Source of the DNA: the human T2T-CHM13v2.0 reference genome, Homo sapiens | Direction: 5' to 3' (one strand) | Assembly: GCF_009914755.1 (NCBI RefSeq) | Contig: NC_060948.1 | DNA: 64,000 bases | Notes under the pieces: generated by a model | What the model was told of the DNA's origin: nothing | Seen by the model: the letters and a program-made list of their open reading frames with translations, nothing else | The model's database searches: none | Part shown: piece after piece, positions 1-13,901 of the stretch | How the letters are laid out: the number at the start of each line of letters is the position of its first letter | Numbering within the stretch: position 1 is the stretch's first letter | Position numbers and translations under genes: made by a program

Positions 1-898
1 TTGCTTTTCTGTTCTTGTGTTAGTTTACTGAGAATGATGGTTTCCAGCTTCATCCATGTCCCTGTAAAGGACATGAACTCATCCTTTTTTATGGCTGCAT
101 AGCATTCCATGGTGTATATGTGCCACATTTTCTTTATCCAGTCCATCACTGATGGAGATTTGGGTTGATTCCAAGTCTTTGCTATTGTGAATAGTGCTGC
201 AATAAACATACGTGTGCATGTGTGTTTATAGCAGAATGATTTATAATCCTTTGGGTATATACCCAGTAATGGGAATGCTGGGTCAAATGGTATTTCTGGT
301 TCTAGATCCTTGAGGAATCACCATACTGTCTTCCACAATGGTTGAACTAATTTACACTCCCACCAACAGTGTAAAAGCATTCCTATTTCTCCACAACCTC
401 TCCAGCATCTGTTGTTTCCTGACTTTGTAATGATCACCATTCTAACTGACATGAGATGGTATCTCATTGTGGTTTTGATTTGCATTTCTCTAATGACCAG
501 TGATGATGAGCTTTTTTTTCATATGTTTGTTGGCTGCATAAATGTCTTCTTTTGAAAAGTCACTGTTCACATCCTTCATCCACTTTTTGACAGGGTTCTT
601 TTCTTCTTGTAAATTTATTTAAGTTCTTTGTAGATTCTGGATATTAGCCCTTTGTCAGATGGATCGATTGCAAAAATTTTCTCCCATTCTGTGCATTGCC
701 TGTTCACTCTGATGATAGTTTCTTTTGCTGTGCAGAAGCCCTTTAGTTTAATCAGATCCCATTTGTCAATTTTGGCTTTTGTTGCCATTGCTTTTTGTGT
801 TTTAGACTTGAAGTCTTTGCCCATGCCTATGTCCTGAATGGTATAGCCTAAGTTTTCTTCTAGGATATTTATGGTTTTAGGTCTTATGTTTAAGTCTG
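1..898 (-). mobile_element. 5'-truncated primate L1 (L1PA-type) ORF2 C-terminus/3' region, inserted into an older L1
   Basis: Antisense L1 3' sequence; ORF 615..950 contains L1 ORF2 peptide [16 protein letters not shown]...[26 protein letters not shown]; abrupt switch at ~898 to a more diverged L1 3' end. Confidence 0.9.
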
Positions 899-3800
899 TA
901 ATCTCATTCTTTTTATGGCTGAATAGTATTCCATTATGTATATTTTCCACATTTTTAATAAATCCAGTTTACCATTGATGAACATTTAGTTTAATTCCAT
1001 GTCTTGTTATTGTCAATAATGCCACGATGTATATATGCATGCATGTGTCTTTACAGTAGAATGATTTCTATTCCATTGGGTATATAATCACTGGGTCAAA
1101 TGGTAGTTCTGTTTCAAGTTTTTCAAGAAATTGACAACTGTTTTCTGCAGTGACTGAACTGCTTTACATTCCCACCGGCTATATATAAGTGTTCCCTTTT
1201 CTCTACAACTTCACCACCATCTGTTATTTTTTTGACTTTTTAATAATGCCCATACTGACTTGTGTGAGATGGTATCTCATTGTGGTTGTGACTTGCATTT
1301 CTCTAACAAATAGTGATGTTGAGCATTTTTTATGTGCTTGTTGGCTGCATGTAAGTTTTCTTTGAAAAGTGTCTGTTATTGTTCTTTGCTCATTTTTAAT
1401 GGGGTTATTTCTTTTTTGTTTGTTAATTTGTTAGTTTCTTATAGATTCCGGCTACTAGACCATCAGCAGACACATAGTTTGCAAATATTTTCTCCCATTT
1501 GGTAGGTTGTCTGTTTACTGTGTTGATAGTTTATTTTGTAATATAGAGGCTCTTAATTAGGTCCCACTTGTCAATTTATGTTTCTGATGCAATTGCTTTT
1601 GCCATCTTTATTATGAATCTTTGCCAGGTCCTATGAACAAGATATTGCCTAACTTATATTCCAATGATTTTATAGTTTTAGGTTTTACATTTAAGTCTTT
1701 GATTCATCTGGAGTTGATTTTTGTATATGACACAAGGAATGAGTCCAGTTTCAATCTTCTGCTTATGGCTAGCCAGTTATTACATCACCACTTATTAAAT
1801 AGGGAGTGTTTTCCCTGTTGCTTTTTTTTTGCCAAATTTGTTGAAGATCAGATGGTTGTAGATATTCTGCTTTATTTCTAGGTTCTCTATTCTGTTCAAT
1901 TAGTCTGTGTGTCTATTTTTCGACAAGTACCATGCTGTTCTGGTTACTGTAGCCTTGTATTATAGTTTGAAGCTGGGTAATGTGATTTCTCCAACTTTCT
2001 TCATTTTTCTTAGGATTACTTTGGCTATTCTGGCTCTTTTTGGTTCCATACACATTTTACAAAAGGTTTTCTAATTCTGTAATGAATATCATTGGCAGTT
2101 TGATAAGGAATAGCATTGAATCCATAAATTGCTTTGGGCAGTATGATTATTTCAACAATATTGAGTCTTCCTGTCCATGAGCATGAAATGTTTTCCATTT
2201 GTTTGTGTCATCTCTGACTTTGAGCAGTGTTTTATGATTCTTATTGTAGATTTTCACTTCCCTAGTTAGCTGTATTCCTTGGTATTTTATTGTTTTTTTT
2301 TTTTCTGGCTATTGCTTATGACATTATGTTCTTGATTAGCCTCTCACTTTAGTAGTTGTTGGTGTACAGAAATGCTACTAATTTCTGCACATTGATTTTG
2401 TATCCAGGTAATTTTCTAAGGTTGTTTTTCAGACTTAGGAGCTCTTGGAAAGAGACTATGGAATTTTCTAGGTAAAGAATCATATTAGGTGCAAAAAGAT
2501 AGTTTGACTTCCTCTCTTGCTATAGGGATATCTTTTATTACTTTTTCTTGCCTGGCATAAAATATCCAGTCCAGTCTTATGTTGAGTAGAAGTGGTGAGA
2601 GTGGGCATCTTTGTCTTGTTCCAGTTCTCAAGGGGAATGTTCCCAGCATTTGCCCATTCAGTATGATGATGACTATGTGTTTGCCATAGAAAGCTTTTTT
2701 GTTGTATGTTTCCTCAATACCTTGCTTGTTGAGGATTTTAAGATGAACAGATGTTAAATTTTATCAAAACCCTTTTCTGCATCTATTGAGATAATTGTGT
2801 TGGTTTTGTTTTTAGTTCCTTTTATGTAATGAATTAAATTTATTGATTTTCCTATGTTGAAACAATCTTTCACCCTAGGGATAAAGCCTACTTGATAATG
2901 ATGGATTAGCTCTTCGATGTGCTACTAAATTTGGTTTGCTCGTACTTTGTTGAGGATTTTTCCATCTCTGTTTATCAAATATATTAGTCTAAAGCTTTCT
3001 TTTTGTGTATTTATCAGGTTTTGATATTAGAGTGATGCTGGCCTCCTAGAATGTGTTAGGTAGGAGTCCCTCCTCCTCAATATTTTAGATTAGTGTCAGT
3101 AGGAATGGTACCAGCCTTTCTTTATACTTGTAGAAATTAAGCTGTGAATCCATCTGGTCCTCAGCTTCTTTTGGTTGGTAGGCTTTCTATTATTCATTCA
3201 ATTTTGGAACTTATAATTGGTCTGTTCAGAGATTCAATACTTTTGTAGTTTAGTATAGAGATGTGCTATGTTTCTAGGAATTTATTTTTTTTAAAGTGTT
3301 TTAGCTTGGTGCGTAGAGGTGTTCAAAGCAATCTCTGAGGAATTTTGTATTTTTGGGGGCTGTGGTAACATCCCGTTTGTCATTTCTGATTTTATTTATT
3401 TATATCATATACTTTTTATTAGTGTATTCAGTGGTCTATCAATCTATTATTTTGAAATAATCAACACCTAGATTTGTTGATCTTTTGTATGGTTTCTTGT
3501 GTCTGAATTTCCTTCAGTTCGGTTCTTAACTTTGGTTATGTCTTGTCTTCTGCTACCTTTGGAGTTGGTTTGCTCTGCTTTTTCTAGTTCTTCTAGTTGT
3601 GATGTTAAATTGTTAATTTGAGATTTTTCTAACTTTTTGATATGTGCATTTAGCAATGTAAAATTCCCTCTTAACATTATCTATGTATCAGAGATTCTGA
3701 TATGTTGTACCTTTGTTCTCATTAGTTTCAAAGAATTTCTTGATTCCTGCCTTAATTTCAATATTTACCAAAAAGTTATCAAAAAGTAAATCAGGAGCAT

Positions 3801-6085
3801 GTTGTTTAATTTCCATGTAATTGTACAGTTTTGAGCTTTCTTAGTATTGATTTGAATTTTCTTAGTATTGATTTGTATTTTTACTGTGCTGTGGTCTGAG
3901 TGTGGTTGGTATAATTTTGTTTTATAATTTGTTGAGAATTTTTTATGACTGATTTTGTGCTCCATTTTAGAGTATGTGCTATGTGCAGATGAGAAGAGTG
4001 TATGTTCTGTTGTTTTGGGGTGGAGAGTTCTGTAGATGTCTATTTGGTCAAGTGTTGAGTTCGGGTCTCAAATATCTTTGTTATTTTTCTGCCTCAATGA
4101 TCTGTCTAATACTGTCTCTGGATTACTAAAGTTTCCACTATTATTGTGTGGTAATCTAAGTCTCCTTATAAGTTGTAAAGTACTAAGTATGTAAAGCTCT
4201 GTGCTCCTGTTTTGGGTGCATATATTCTTAAGATAGTAATATCTTCTTGTTGAATTAAATACTTTACAATTATGTAATGCCTTTGTTTGTCATTTTTGAT
4301 ATTTGTTGGTTTAAAGTCTGTTTTGTCTGAAATTAGAATAGCAATCCTAGCTTTTTTCTGTTTTCTGTTTACTTGCCAGGCTTTTCTGCATCCATTCTCT
4401 TTGAACCTATGGGTGTAACTGCATATGAGAGAGATCTTTTGAAGACAGGATACCATTGGGTCTTCCTTTTTTATGCAACTTGCCACTCTGTGCCTTTTAT
4501 TTGGGGCATTTAGCTCATTTACATTCAAGGTTAATCTTGATATGTACAGATTTAATTCTGTCATCTTGTTCCTAGCTGGCTAATATGCAGAGTTGATCGT
4601 GTACTTGCTTTATATGTCAATGATTCATGTACTTACATGTCTTTTTCTGGTAGCTGGTAATGGTCTTTCCATATTTAGCACTCCCTTAAGGACTTCTTGT
4701 AAAGCAGAACTGTTTGTAATGAATTTCATTAGCATTTGTTTTTCTGAAAATGATCTTATTTCTCCTTCGTGTATTAGGCTTATTTTGGCAGGAATAAAAT
4801 TTGTGATTGAAATTTATTTCCTTTATGAATAATGTATATAGGCCACCAATGTCTTCTGGCTTGCAGTGTTTCTGCTGAAAGGTCCACTATCAGCCTGATG
4901 GGATACCATCTATAGGTGACCTGCTCCTGCCCTCTTGCTGCCTTTATCATTTTTTCTTTTTTTCAAACTTGAAGAATCTGATAACAATGTGTGTTAGGGA
5001 TAGTTGTCTTGTATAGTATCTTCCAGGGGGTCTCTGCACTTCTTGAATTTTAATATTGGCTTCTCTAGCAAAACTGGGGAAATTTTTATTGATGATATTT
5101 TCAAATAACTTTTCCAAGTTACTTGTTTTTGCTTCTTGTTTCAGGGATGTAAATGAGCATAAATTTGGTCTCTTTACATAATCCTGTTTTTCTCAGAAAT
5201 TTTTTCAGTCTTCTTTACTCTTTTCTCTTTACTTTTATCTGAGTGTTTTCAAAGACCTGGTCTTCATGCTCTGAGATTTGTCCCTCACCTTGGTTGATTC
5301 TACTGTTCATACTAGAGATTGTATTATGAAATATTTGAAATGAGTTTTTCAGCTCTGTTAGATGAGTTTAGTTTTCTTCTTAAAATGATCATTTTGTCTT
5401 TGAGCTCATTGTTTTGTCGTATCCTTAGATTCCTTGGATTGGGTTTCAGATTTTCCCAAATCTCAATGATCTTCATTCCTATCCATTTTCTGAATTATAT
5501 TTCTGTCATTTCAGCCATTTCAGCCTGGTTAGGAAACACTGCTGAGGAACTAGTGGGTTTGTTTGGAGAAAATAGGACACTGTGTCTTTTGGGGTTACCA
5601 GAGTTCTTGTGCTGGTTATTTCTTTTCATTGTTTTGATGTTCCTTCAGTCTTTGAAGTTGTCTTCCTTTGGATGGGGTTTTTACTTTTATCTTCTTTGAT
5701 GCCTTTGGGGGTTTGATTGTGGTATAAAGTAGGTTCAATCAACTAGCTTCATTTCTGGAAGATTTTAAGGGGATAAGTCTCAACTCTTAGACTGTGTCCC
5801 CTAACTCTGAGGGGGGGCTGATATATGGCCGCTTGCTTTGTTCTGTGGCCCCTTGAGTTTAAAAACCTCATGTGCTGCAGGGTCCAATATGTTCCCAGTC
5901 CACTAGCTACAACACTTTCATTGGCAGTGCTGGCTAAAGCATTTTGTTGGCATAGTGGCAGTGGGATCCATGCTTGCTTGTGTGTGCCAGCAGCTGCAGC
6001 AGTGTGGCGGGGTGCACACGCATGGGCTGGCATGGCATACTGGCAGGAGTGGGGCTGTAGCATTCCTGCTTGTGCCTATGCCAAT
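899..6085 (-). mobile_element. Near full-length decayed L1 (old L1PA/L1PB): ORF2, ORF1 and partial 5' UTR
   Basis: Continuous antisense L1 sequence; ORF2 fragments 3468..3677 ([27 protein letters not shown]) and 4166..4564; ORF1-like 4600-5600; GC-richer UTR 5750-6085. Confidence 0.9.
4166..4564 (-). pseudogene. L1 ORF2p APE-like endonuclease N-terminus (disrupted)
   Basis: MTELNLYISRLTLNVNELNAPNKRHRVA...AILISDKTDFKPT...YAPKTGA resembles L1 ORF2p MTGSNSHITILTLNVNGLNSPIKRHRLA...ILVSDKTDFKPT...YAPNTGA. Confidence 0.9.
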
Positions 6086-6089
6086 GGCC

Positions 6090-6750
6090 TCTAATCTTTT
6101 TTATAAGTTGTCGGATTTGGTTTGCTTATATTTTCTTGAAGATTATTGCACATATATTGCTAAGAAATATTGGTATGTAGTTGTTTTTCTTTTCTTGAGA
6201 TGACGTATTTTTTTTTAATCAGGCCATATATAATGGGTTAAATATTTTTTCTCTTTTATTTTATTGTAAATATTTCTTTAAGATTGGTGTTGATTACTTA
6301 AGCTTTTGGTAAAATTAAACAATAAGGGCACTTAGTCCTCAACTCTTATTTACGGGAACTTTTAAAATTACCGTTATAAAAGCTTTATTGTTACCGGTTG
6401 GAATATATTTTCTGTTTCTTCTTAAGGGGGTTTTAGAAGTTTTGTATTTGTGGTCATCTATTTCATCTAAGGTATCTAAATTGCTTTCATACAGTTGTTC
6501 ATGTTATTTCTTATAATCATCTTTGTTTCTGTAATGTCTGTAAAAATATCCCTCTTTTATTCTAAATTTAACTCATTTGAGTCATCTGTATTTTTATTTT
6601 TAGTAAGTCTAGCCATAGTTGCCAATTTGTTAATGTTTTCAAATAAGCAAATTTTGGTTGTACTGTTTTGTGTCTATTATTTTCCTAGTCTTTATTGTAT
6701 TTATTTCTCTTCTCATGTTTATTATTCACTACTTTTTGCTTGCTTTTAAT
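6090..6750 (-). mobile_element. Ancient L1M ORF2 fragment
   Basis: T-rich degenerate antisense L1 ORF2 motifs (ggatttggtttgc...tatattttcttgaagat; ttttcaaataagcaaattttgg). Confidence 0.6.
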
Positions 6751-7096
6751 AAATTCTATTATCTAAAAATAAAAAAATAGGTGAAATAACCAATGGAAAG
6801 TCAAATTGGAAAAGTTATAATTTTTATATCACAAACAATATGTAATATTCCTGATATAGAAAGAGCTTATACAAATTAAGAAAACAACAACATTTAAAAA
6901 GTCAAGACATATAAATTGTGCAAAGAGAGAATTATAAATGCATACAGGATACACAGAAATAAACACTAATATTCCTTAATCACATGAAAAAATAATATTT
7001 TTCAAAAGAAGAAAACTAAGGCATTACTTCTATTTTATTTACAACAACTCAATGTTTTGATGACATAAAACAATAATATGATTAATAAATTAGCAA

Positions 7097-7359
7097 GGCT
7101 TGGTATGATGACTCATGTGTGTAATCCCAACACTTTGAGGGGCAGAGGCAGGAGAATCACTTAAGCCCAGTAGTTCGAGAGTAGCCTGGGCAACATAGAG
7201 AGACCCTGTCTCTACAAAATACATACTTATATATATTTTTAACAACCAGGAAATGTGGTGCACATCTGGGGTCCCAGCTACTCTGGAAGCTGAGGTAGGA
7301 GGATCACTTGAGCCTGGAAGGTCTAGACTGAAGTGAGCCATGTTCACCCCAGTGCACTA
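7097..7359 (+). mobile_element. AluJ, 3'-truncated (no poly-A)
   Basis: ggcttggtatgatgactcat...gtaatcccaacactttga...tcacttaagcccagtagttcgag...cctgggcaacatagagagaccctgtctctac; stops at agtgcact. Confidence 0.9.
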
Positions 7360-8285
7360 AGTATCACTAAAAGAGTGATTTCAGTATCACTAAAAGAGTA
7401 AATGTTTAACATTCTCATCACAAAAAAATATTAAATATCTGTGGTTATATATATGCTAAGTAGTTTAATTTTTCACATTGTATTAAAAATTGTAATACCA
7501 CTTTGTACTTTGTAAATGTATACAACTGTAATTTGTCAACATATAATATATTTTTTAAATAGACAAGAAAAATTTTTTAAAACTGGTATTGGGACTACAG
7601 ATTCTCTAAATGGGAAAATAACTGAGCCTTTAATTGTAGCATAAAAACAAACAGAAACCAAAAGAAATAACAAATCAGTGATTAGCAAAAAGATCACAGA
7701 CCTAAATGTGAAAGGCAAAACTTAAAAATATTTTAAGAACATTTTGGTAAGTATTTTGTTGAATTAGTTTAAGTCAAAATTTCCTGACATGAAGAAAGTA
7801 CAAGCATAAAGGAAAAGACTGATAATTGTACTGATAAATTTGAGTATTAAAAAAGTTTGTATAATGACACTATTTCCACAATTTAACAATAAACTAATGA
7901 CAGTTAGGGAATGTAGTTTCAGTGCATATAAACATGAAGTGATTAGTTTCTGGAACATATAAACAACTTCTACAAATCAACGTATTTTAAAAAATGAAAA
8001 ATAAGTGAAGGATATAGGCAGTCAATTCACACAAGTCACTTACATGACTGAAAAATATGGATGAATTCTCAATCTCATTTATAATCAGGAAAACTCAAAA
8101 TCACACTGTTACCATGTCTTGTTTATTATGAACATAGCAAAACAAAGTTTGACAGTACAAAGTGTTAGCAGCAATGTAGAGTCTTGTGTATTCTCAGACA
8201 CATAGGGTACAGATATATAGAGGTATAACTATTTTAGGGAGAAATGTGGCAAAATTTCATAAAGTTGAATTTGATTATACCCACT
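7360..8285 (+). mobile_element. L1MA 3' end fragment followed by ancient L1M 3' fragments
   Basis: attctcatcacaaaaaaata...cacattgtatt L1MA-like 3' UTR; downstream A-rich L1M ORF2 tail motifs. Confidence 0.55.
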
Positions 8286-8783
8286 GGGCCTCCTGTCAAG
8301 TCTGTCTACACTTAACCTCCAGCAATATGTCAATTAAAGTTAAAGTGTTCTAACCAATACTAAATCCAATTGTGGGCTTCTGCTCCTAAACTTTTGTCCA
8401 GTAAGCTGTCTGTCTCTCCAGTGTTCAGGGCAGCCGTTTGTCCTATGACCTCAGTTCTCTGATGACAGAGCAAAAATTTGTTGATTTTGAATTTTTTTTT
8501 TATTGTGAAGAAACTTATTACAGTATTTGTTCAATTCTTCCCTCACATTCTTGGTGATATTTTTGTAATATATTTTAGTTTTGTATATGCTAATAACACA
8601 AAAATACTTCTATTTTTGTGTTATCTTTTAGAGCAATTAAAATTAAAATAACCCATTTAATTTTACTTTTATTTAATCCATTTACTGTGTTCTTTATTAA
8701 TTTTTATAGAATCAAGTCTCTGACCCTTTATCATATCTGTTCTTTCTGATTTTTTACCGTTTCTAGTAGGCTAGAACTGGTAG

Positions 8784-9332
8784 TATAACTGGAAAGGGGT
8801 CCCAATCCAGACCTCAAGAGAGGTCTCTTGGATTTCACAGAAGAAAGAATTTGAGGCGAGTCCATAAAGCAAAGTGAAAACAAGTTTATTAAGAAAGTAA
8901 AGGAATAAAAGAATGACTAATCAAGAAATAACCATAAAAATGGTTGCCCATTTTTAGTATTCATTAGTTTTCCAGGAAAGCGGTGGGCAATTCCCAGAGC
9001 TGAGGTTCCTCCCCTTTTTAGACCATATAGGGTAACTTCCTCACATTGCCATGGCATTTATAAATTGTTATGGCACTGATGAGAGTGTAGCAGTGAGGAC
9101 AACCAGAGGTCATTCTCATTACCATCTTGGTTTTGCTGGGTTTTAGCCAGCTTCTTTACTGAAACCAGTTTTATCAGCAAGGTTTTTATGACCTGTATCT
9201 TGTGCCAACCTCCTATCTCATTCTGTGACTTAGAAGGCCTAACCATCTGGGAATACAGCCCAGTATGCCTCAGCCTTATTTTATCCAGCCCCTATTTAAG
9301 ATGGAGTTGCTCTGGTTCCAACACCTCTGACA
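8784..9332 (-). mobile_element. MER41 LTR (3' LTR of provirus)
   Basis: Reverse complement begins TGTCAGAGGTGTTGGAACCAGAGCAACTCCATCTT and ends ...GGTCTGGATTGGGACCCCTTTCCAG, matching MER41 termini; polypurine tract adjoins at 9333. Confidence 0.85.
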
Positions 9333-12300
9333 TTTTCCCCATCTCTTTTATAAGAGATCCCTTAATCCTAAGAGTTGTAGAGGAGCAAAGATCCATCTTC
9401 TGTAACTTCTTCAGGCTGAATAGGGGTGATATTATTCCTGCCTAGCTATTGGGGTCTCTTGTATTACAGGTAGAGAGGAGCCCAGTCATAAAGTGTCAGT
9501 ATGGTGAAGGTCATTCATACCTCTGAGTTCCTACAAAAGCTTATAATTTATTAAGTATTCAATTTAAGAAAATATTGAGTAAGCTTACCCTTCATTCCTA
9601 CACAAAGAGTACAATAGCAAATATATTCCACATCTGATGAGACTAGAATCTAATAATGAGTGTACCATAGTTCTTGAAATATAGTTTATTTCTCCAGTCT
9701 CCCATTTTCACTAAAAATAAATCATAGTAAGACTGGCTTGCTTTATTAAACTTGGCCTGATTATTTGAATAAAGTGGAGCAAGAATAACTATTTTTCACA
9801 TAGGCTTTCTAAATTGACTTTGATTGAACTCTGTTCCATAAGAAATCTCATACAAGACATTTTTCTTTTAAAACTGAGCCCAGTGATGGGGTTGTACTGT
9901 CAAATACCTATGAGTTGGGTAAATTCCTCTCCTCTTGAGGTCCCAAGATAACTTGGGGCTCCTGGGCCTGTCAGAAAGTAATATTCTTTACTTATCCCAG
10001 GTCAGGAACCCCGTATAGGAACTCTATAGACAAGGTATGAGGCCAGTTTTCCCAAGGGGCTTCTATTGGCTCTCCATGTCAAATTTGATTCCTTAAAAGA
10101 AAGCATGCCATTCTAGTCAAAGCCTTGTAAAATAAACAATTTATCCACTTGTGTCCTGTTGCAAAATAAAACATTCTTATGGAACTTATGCAAATAAATA
10201 TATTGCCACAATTTAAGATACAAATAGTTTCCAAATTTTGGAGAAATCAGGTAGAGAGAAACAAATATGCTGTAAATGTTACTCACAGGAGTACACTTTA
10301 CACAATTGTTAAAATCTGTAGACAACTCAAATGAAAAGTTTCCTTGACTCTGAAAACAAAACAAAGGATGGGCAATGTTTTTAAGCAAAGTCAAAAAATA
10401 ATTACTTCCATCTTTTATTAGTCCAGTTCATGTGGTTAACTCCTGTTCTTCTTGATATTCATGAATATTTCAGCTCTCCATGAGAGTCCTGGAAGTTTTT
10501 CCTCTATTCTGATGTTACAATCTCCAAAGCTATCAGAAACCTGCATTCAAGAGTACCTGTTAAAGTCCTATAGTTGATTATAAAAACCACCTTCTAAAGA
10601 GGACTAATACAAAACAACAATTGTCTGTGGATGATAAAATGCCTTAGGGCAGCCTCTATTAAAACCACAATTGACTAGGAATTTTGGTTACTTCTGTGGC
10701 ATACAACAATTTCATGTAACAATTATAACTATTAATAACACACTAAGCCATAATAGAATTATGGGAGTTCCTCATAATTTTGGAACACATACCAATGGCA
10801 CATTTATACACATACAGCCCAAAGAAAGCCAAACACCATTTCATATTTGACAATGCTTTCTGTATGATTTTTATACCAAATAAGTCAAATGTCATTTTTA
10901 CATTAATGTACTATTAATGTTAAACCCTATCCTTAATAAAACCTTATAGACATTTCTAACCAATTTTAATGTTTGACCATAAGGTAAGATTCTCATAAGC
11001 CTTTTGTAACACTTTGCAAGTTTTCATTAAAAAGCAGATCAGTGGTAAGAAAAACCTGTTGTGCTTTTATTTTCATTCAATTGTTCAATAAATGTTCAAT
11101 TTACAGGAAAACTGTATACCCCTTTAAATTTAGCCAGTATGTTCAGACATAGAATTTATTTTACAAAATTCTAACTTGAAACAATAATTTAACCCTCTAA
11201 ACTTAAGCAAGAAATCCACACTCCCATGCCTTCTTATAATCTTTTACCAAACGTATATTCTACATTCCTTATATGCCTTGCATGTAGAACTGTTTCTTTA
11301 GTAGCCTCAAATACATGTTACACTGTTAACTCTTAGGAACTTTTGCTTTTGGTGAAAAACTTGGTTAGTAGGCGATTGTAATTATGTATCAAGTGTGGAG
11401 CTTAGGACATCAGACAGAAGTGCAGATAAGGGCTTAATCTTTCCGGCACAGCTGGGGTGCATGGTGCTCCACATGTCTCCATGTCTTATCAAGAATCTAA
11501 TGCTTCAAAGTAGGTAAAGTGAACAATTTTCAAAAGTCAAAGAAGCAGTATATGACCTTAAAGCATTTAGTAAACTTAATATCTTGCCTACCTGATTTAG
11601 ACGAAATATCTTTATTTTACCAATAATCTTTAAAGCTGTCTCTATTTCTCAAAGATTATTTAAGTCCTATGAACTAAAAAGCATTGCACTTTTTAATTTT
11701 CTGATAAAATATGTGATTTAAACACTATTTTTAAATGAATTAAAGTTTTTTATATCACACACACAACACATATAAATACAGATACAGAAGAAGATCCAGT
11801 ACTTGTAAGAGTTTTCATTTGCCAGCTTCCTAATTGGATTTTTGGCTTCAGGGTGGAACCTTTGGAGGAACAGGGGCAGGAAAGCACGCAGTTTCTGCAG
11901 CCTAATAGGCAGGCACAACTGGAAGGCAAAACTGATCTCTAGAAATTAAGGGTCCTGTAGTTATACCAGATTCTGGATCCCAAAAAGAGGGAATCAGACC
12001 ATCTCCCATGGGAGCCTTATATCTCATTGTGGGGTGGGGACATTTCCATACTTTTCTGGTAGTCAAGAGCATGCTTCTCTGATCCAAATGTGCACAGAGC
12101 TGAGTATCTCCCCATAACTGCCATTAGCAATCCCCAAAACTATATTTCCTACCTAGTTACCACACACCAAAGTTCTCTCATAATTTGAAGTAATTTCTGA
12201 TACTCACAAAACTCAAAAAAGGTCAGATAATGCAATGCAAAACAGAACAAAGCCTTAGATTTTGAAAGGAATCTATCCACTTCCAATTCCTGGAGTTTCA

Positions 12301-13901
12301 TGAGGAAAACAGAGGTGCTGTTTTTTTCCCCCAAAACTGGGTCTGTGATGCCTCCTCTGTTTTTCCCAAGGAGTCCAAGTCTGTGAGAGCTTGAATATCT
12401 GGTTTTAATTAAACTGACTTTTAGCTATAGCACTCTTTATAAAAGTCTTTTTAAATTTCTTATTACCCTACTTTAGCCAGGCCAAATGGTATTTATTTCT
12501 GTGCTCAGAGAAATAAAAGTTCAAGACAGATTGTTGAGGGGAAGAGAATAAACAAATGGTAAGGGTCACACAGGTATCAAACCAGAAAGGTCTCATTCCC
12601 TAAGACAGGAATTGAACCCTTAACTTGGGCGACCACTGTGGTGGTGGAGACCAAGAGAAAGTACTGCCACGTGGTCACAAGGTCATGCTCCCAAAGACAT
12701 GACTGACCAGTTTGCTGGGCCATCTTAATCAACAAGCTTACATGTGTCCTAGGCCCACATTCTATCCTAAGGTACCACTCTTTATGACAGAACAATAAAG
12801 GAAGACACACAAAGCACACCAGATTCACCACAGCTTAAGACTAGCATCACAAATGCTTTTTTCCACTAATCAAAATTCTACAGAGGAGAAAAACAGTGTT
12901 TTTTTACCATTTATTTAACCAGTTTGCACAGAGAAAGAGAGGCCAGAAGTCTGACTGGCAAAAAATTCTTACCCTTTTGTTAGCATGCCAGGCTCTCGGT
13001 TCCCTTTCCCTTATTGGGCCTAGTGACCTGACTTTTTGCACTGTAGCCTTGGGGGACAAGCTGCAACACAAAGGAAAATTATCTTTTTCCATTCTGGCCA
13101 GAGCAAAACACATGTGACAAAAGGTAGACATTAGCCACTCTGCTTAGCACCCAATATCAAACTGGCGAGGCTCAAAGTTGCCCCAGGTTGGGCCTCATCA
13201 TCGTTAATTCAACCTCTGACTGGGAATTTCAACATGGGGTCAATGGGCAAGAAGGTCGCCCTGAGTAATAGAAAATATAATAAAGGGAAAGGAGAGAAAG
13301 AGAGAGACAAAAGCATTGTCTGTAGCAGGGTGGGGAAGGTGAGGCACTCAGGTCAGAGAAATACCCACCCATTGCAGTGATGCTGAATCAAAAGTTCAGG
13401 CAGCTGCTTGTGGGTCATGAAAGGATCTTTTCTGGCAGCCCCATCGGCTCTCAAGTGTTCTCTTTTGGGGAGAGAAAAAATCTCCCCATGTCCGGTGATC
13501 CTGTACATGGCTAATCCTATCACCCATAGCTGTCAGCAGAGTGTAAGACAGATTAATCCAAAGAGAAGAGCAGTTAGCATCCCATAGTGCCAAACCCGTT
13601 CTTCGCTGAGGGGAACTTTACTGAGAGGGACCTCCAACCCCCTAAATCTTAGGAGGGACTTTAACCTTGGGCCTTGAATCCATGTTTGGTCAAGCATCCT
13701 TGCCTTTTATTAAGAGAGGCCTTTAACCCTCTCTGTCTTAGGAGAGACTCTAACTCCCCTAAGTTAGGCCTCTAATCCAATCCCATCCTCTACCTGGGTA
13801 CCCCACCACTTACTTAAAAGTTGGCCATCAGTGCTGCAGTCTATTTCCTTTGGGTTGGGATGGTCTCCTCATTATTGTCCCTTCAGCATTCACCAGAAAG
13901 T
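9333..13901 (-). mobile_element. MER41/MER4-group ERV1 internal region (non-coding)
   Basis: Bracketed by two homologous LTRs; PPT next to the left LTR, PBS-like gtcccttcagcattcacca (13877-13895) next to the right LTR; no long ORF. Confidence 0.8.
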
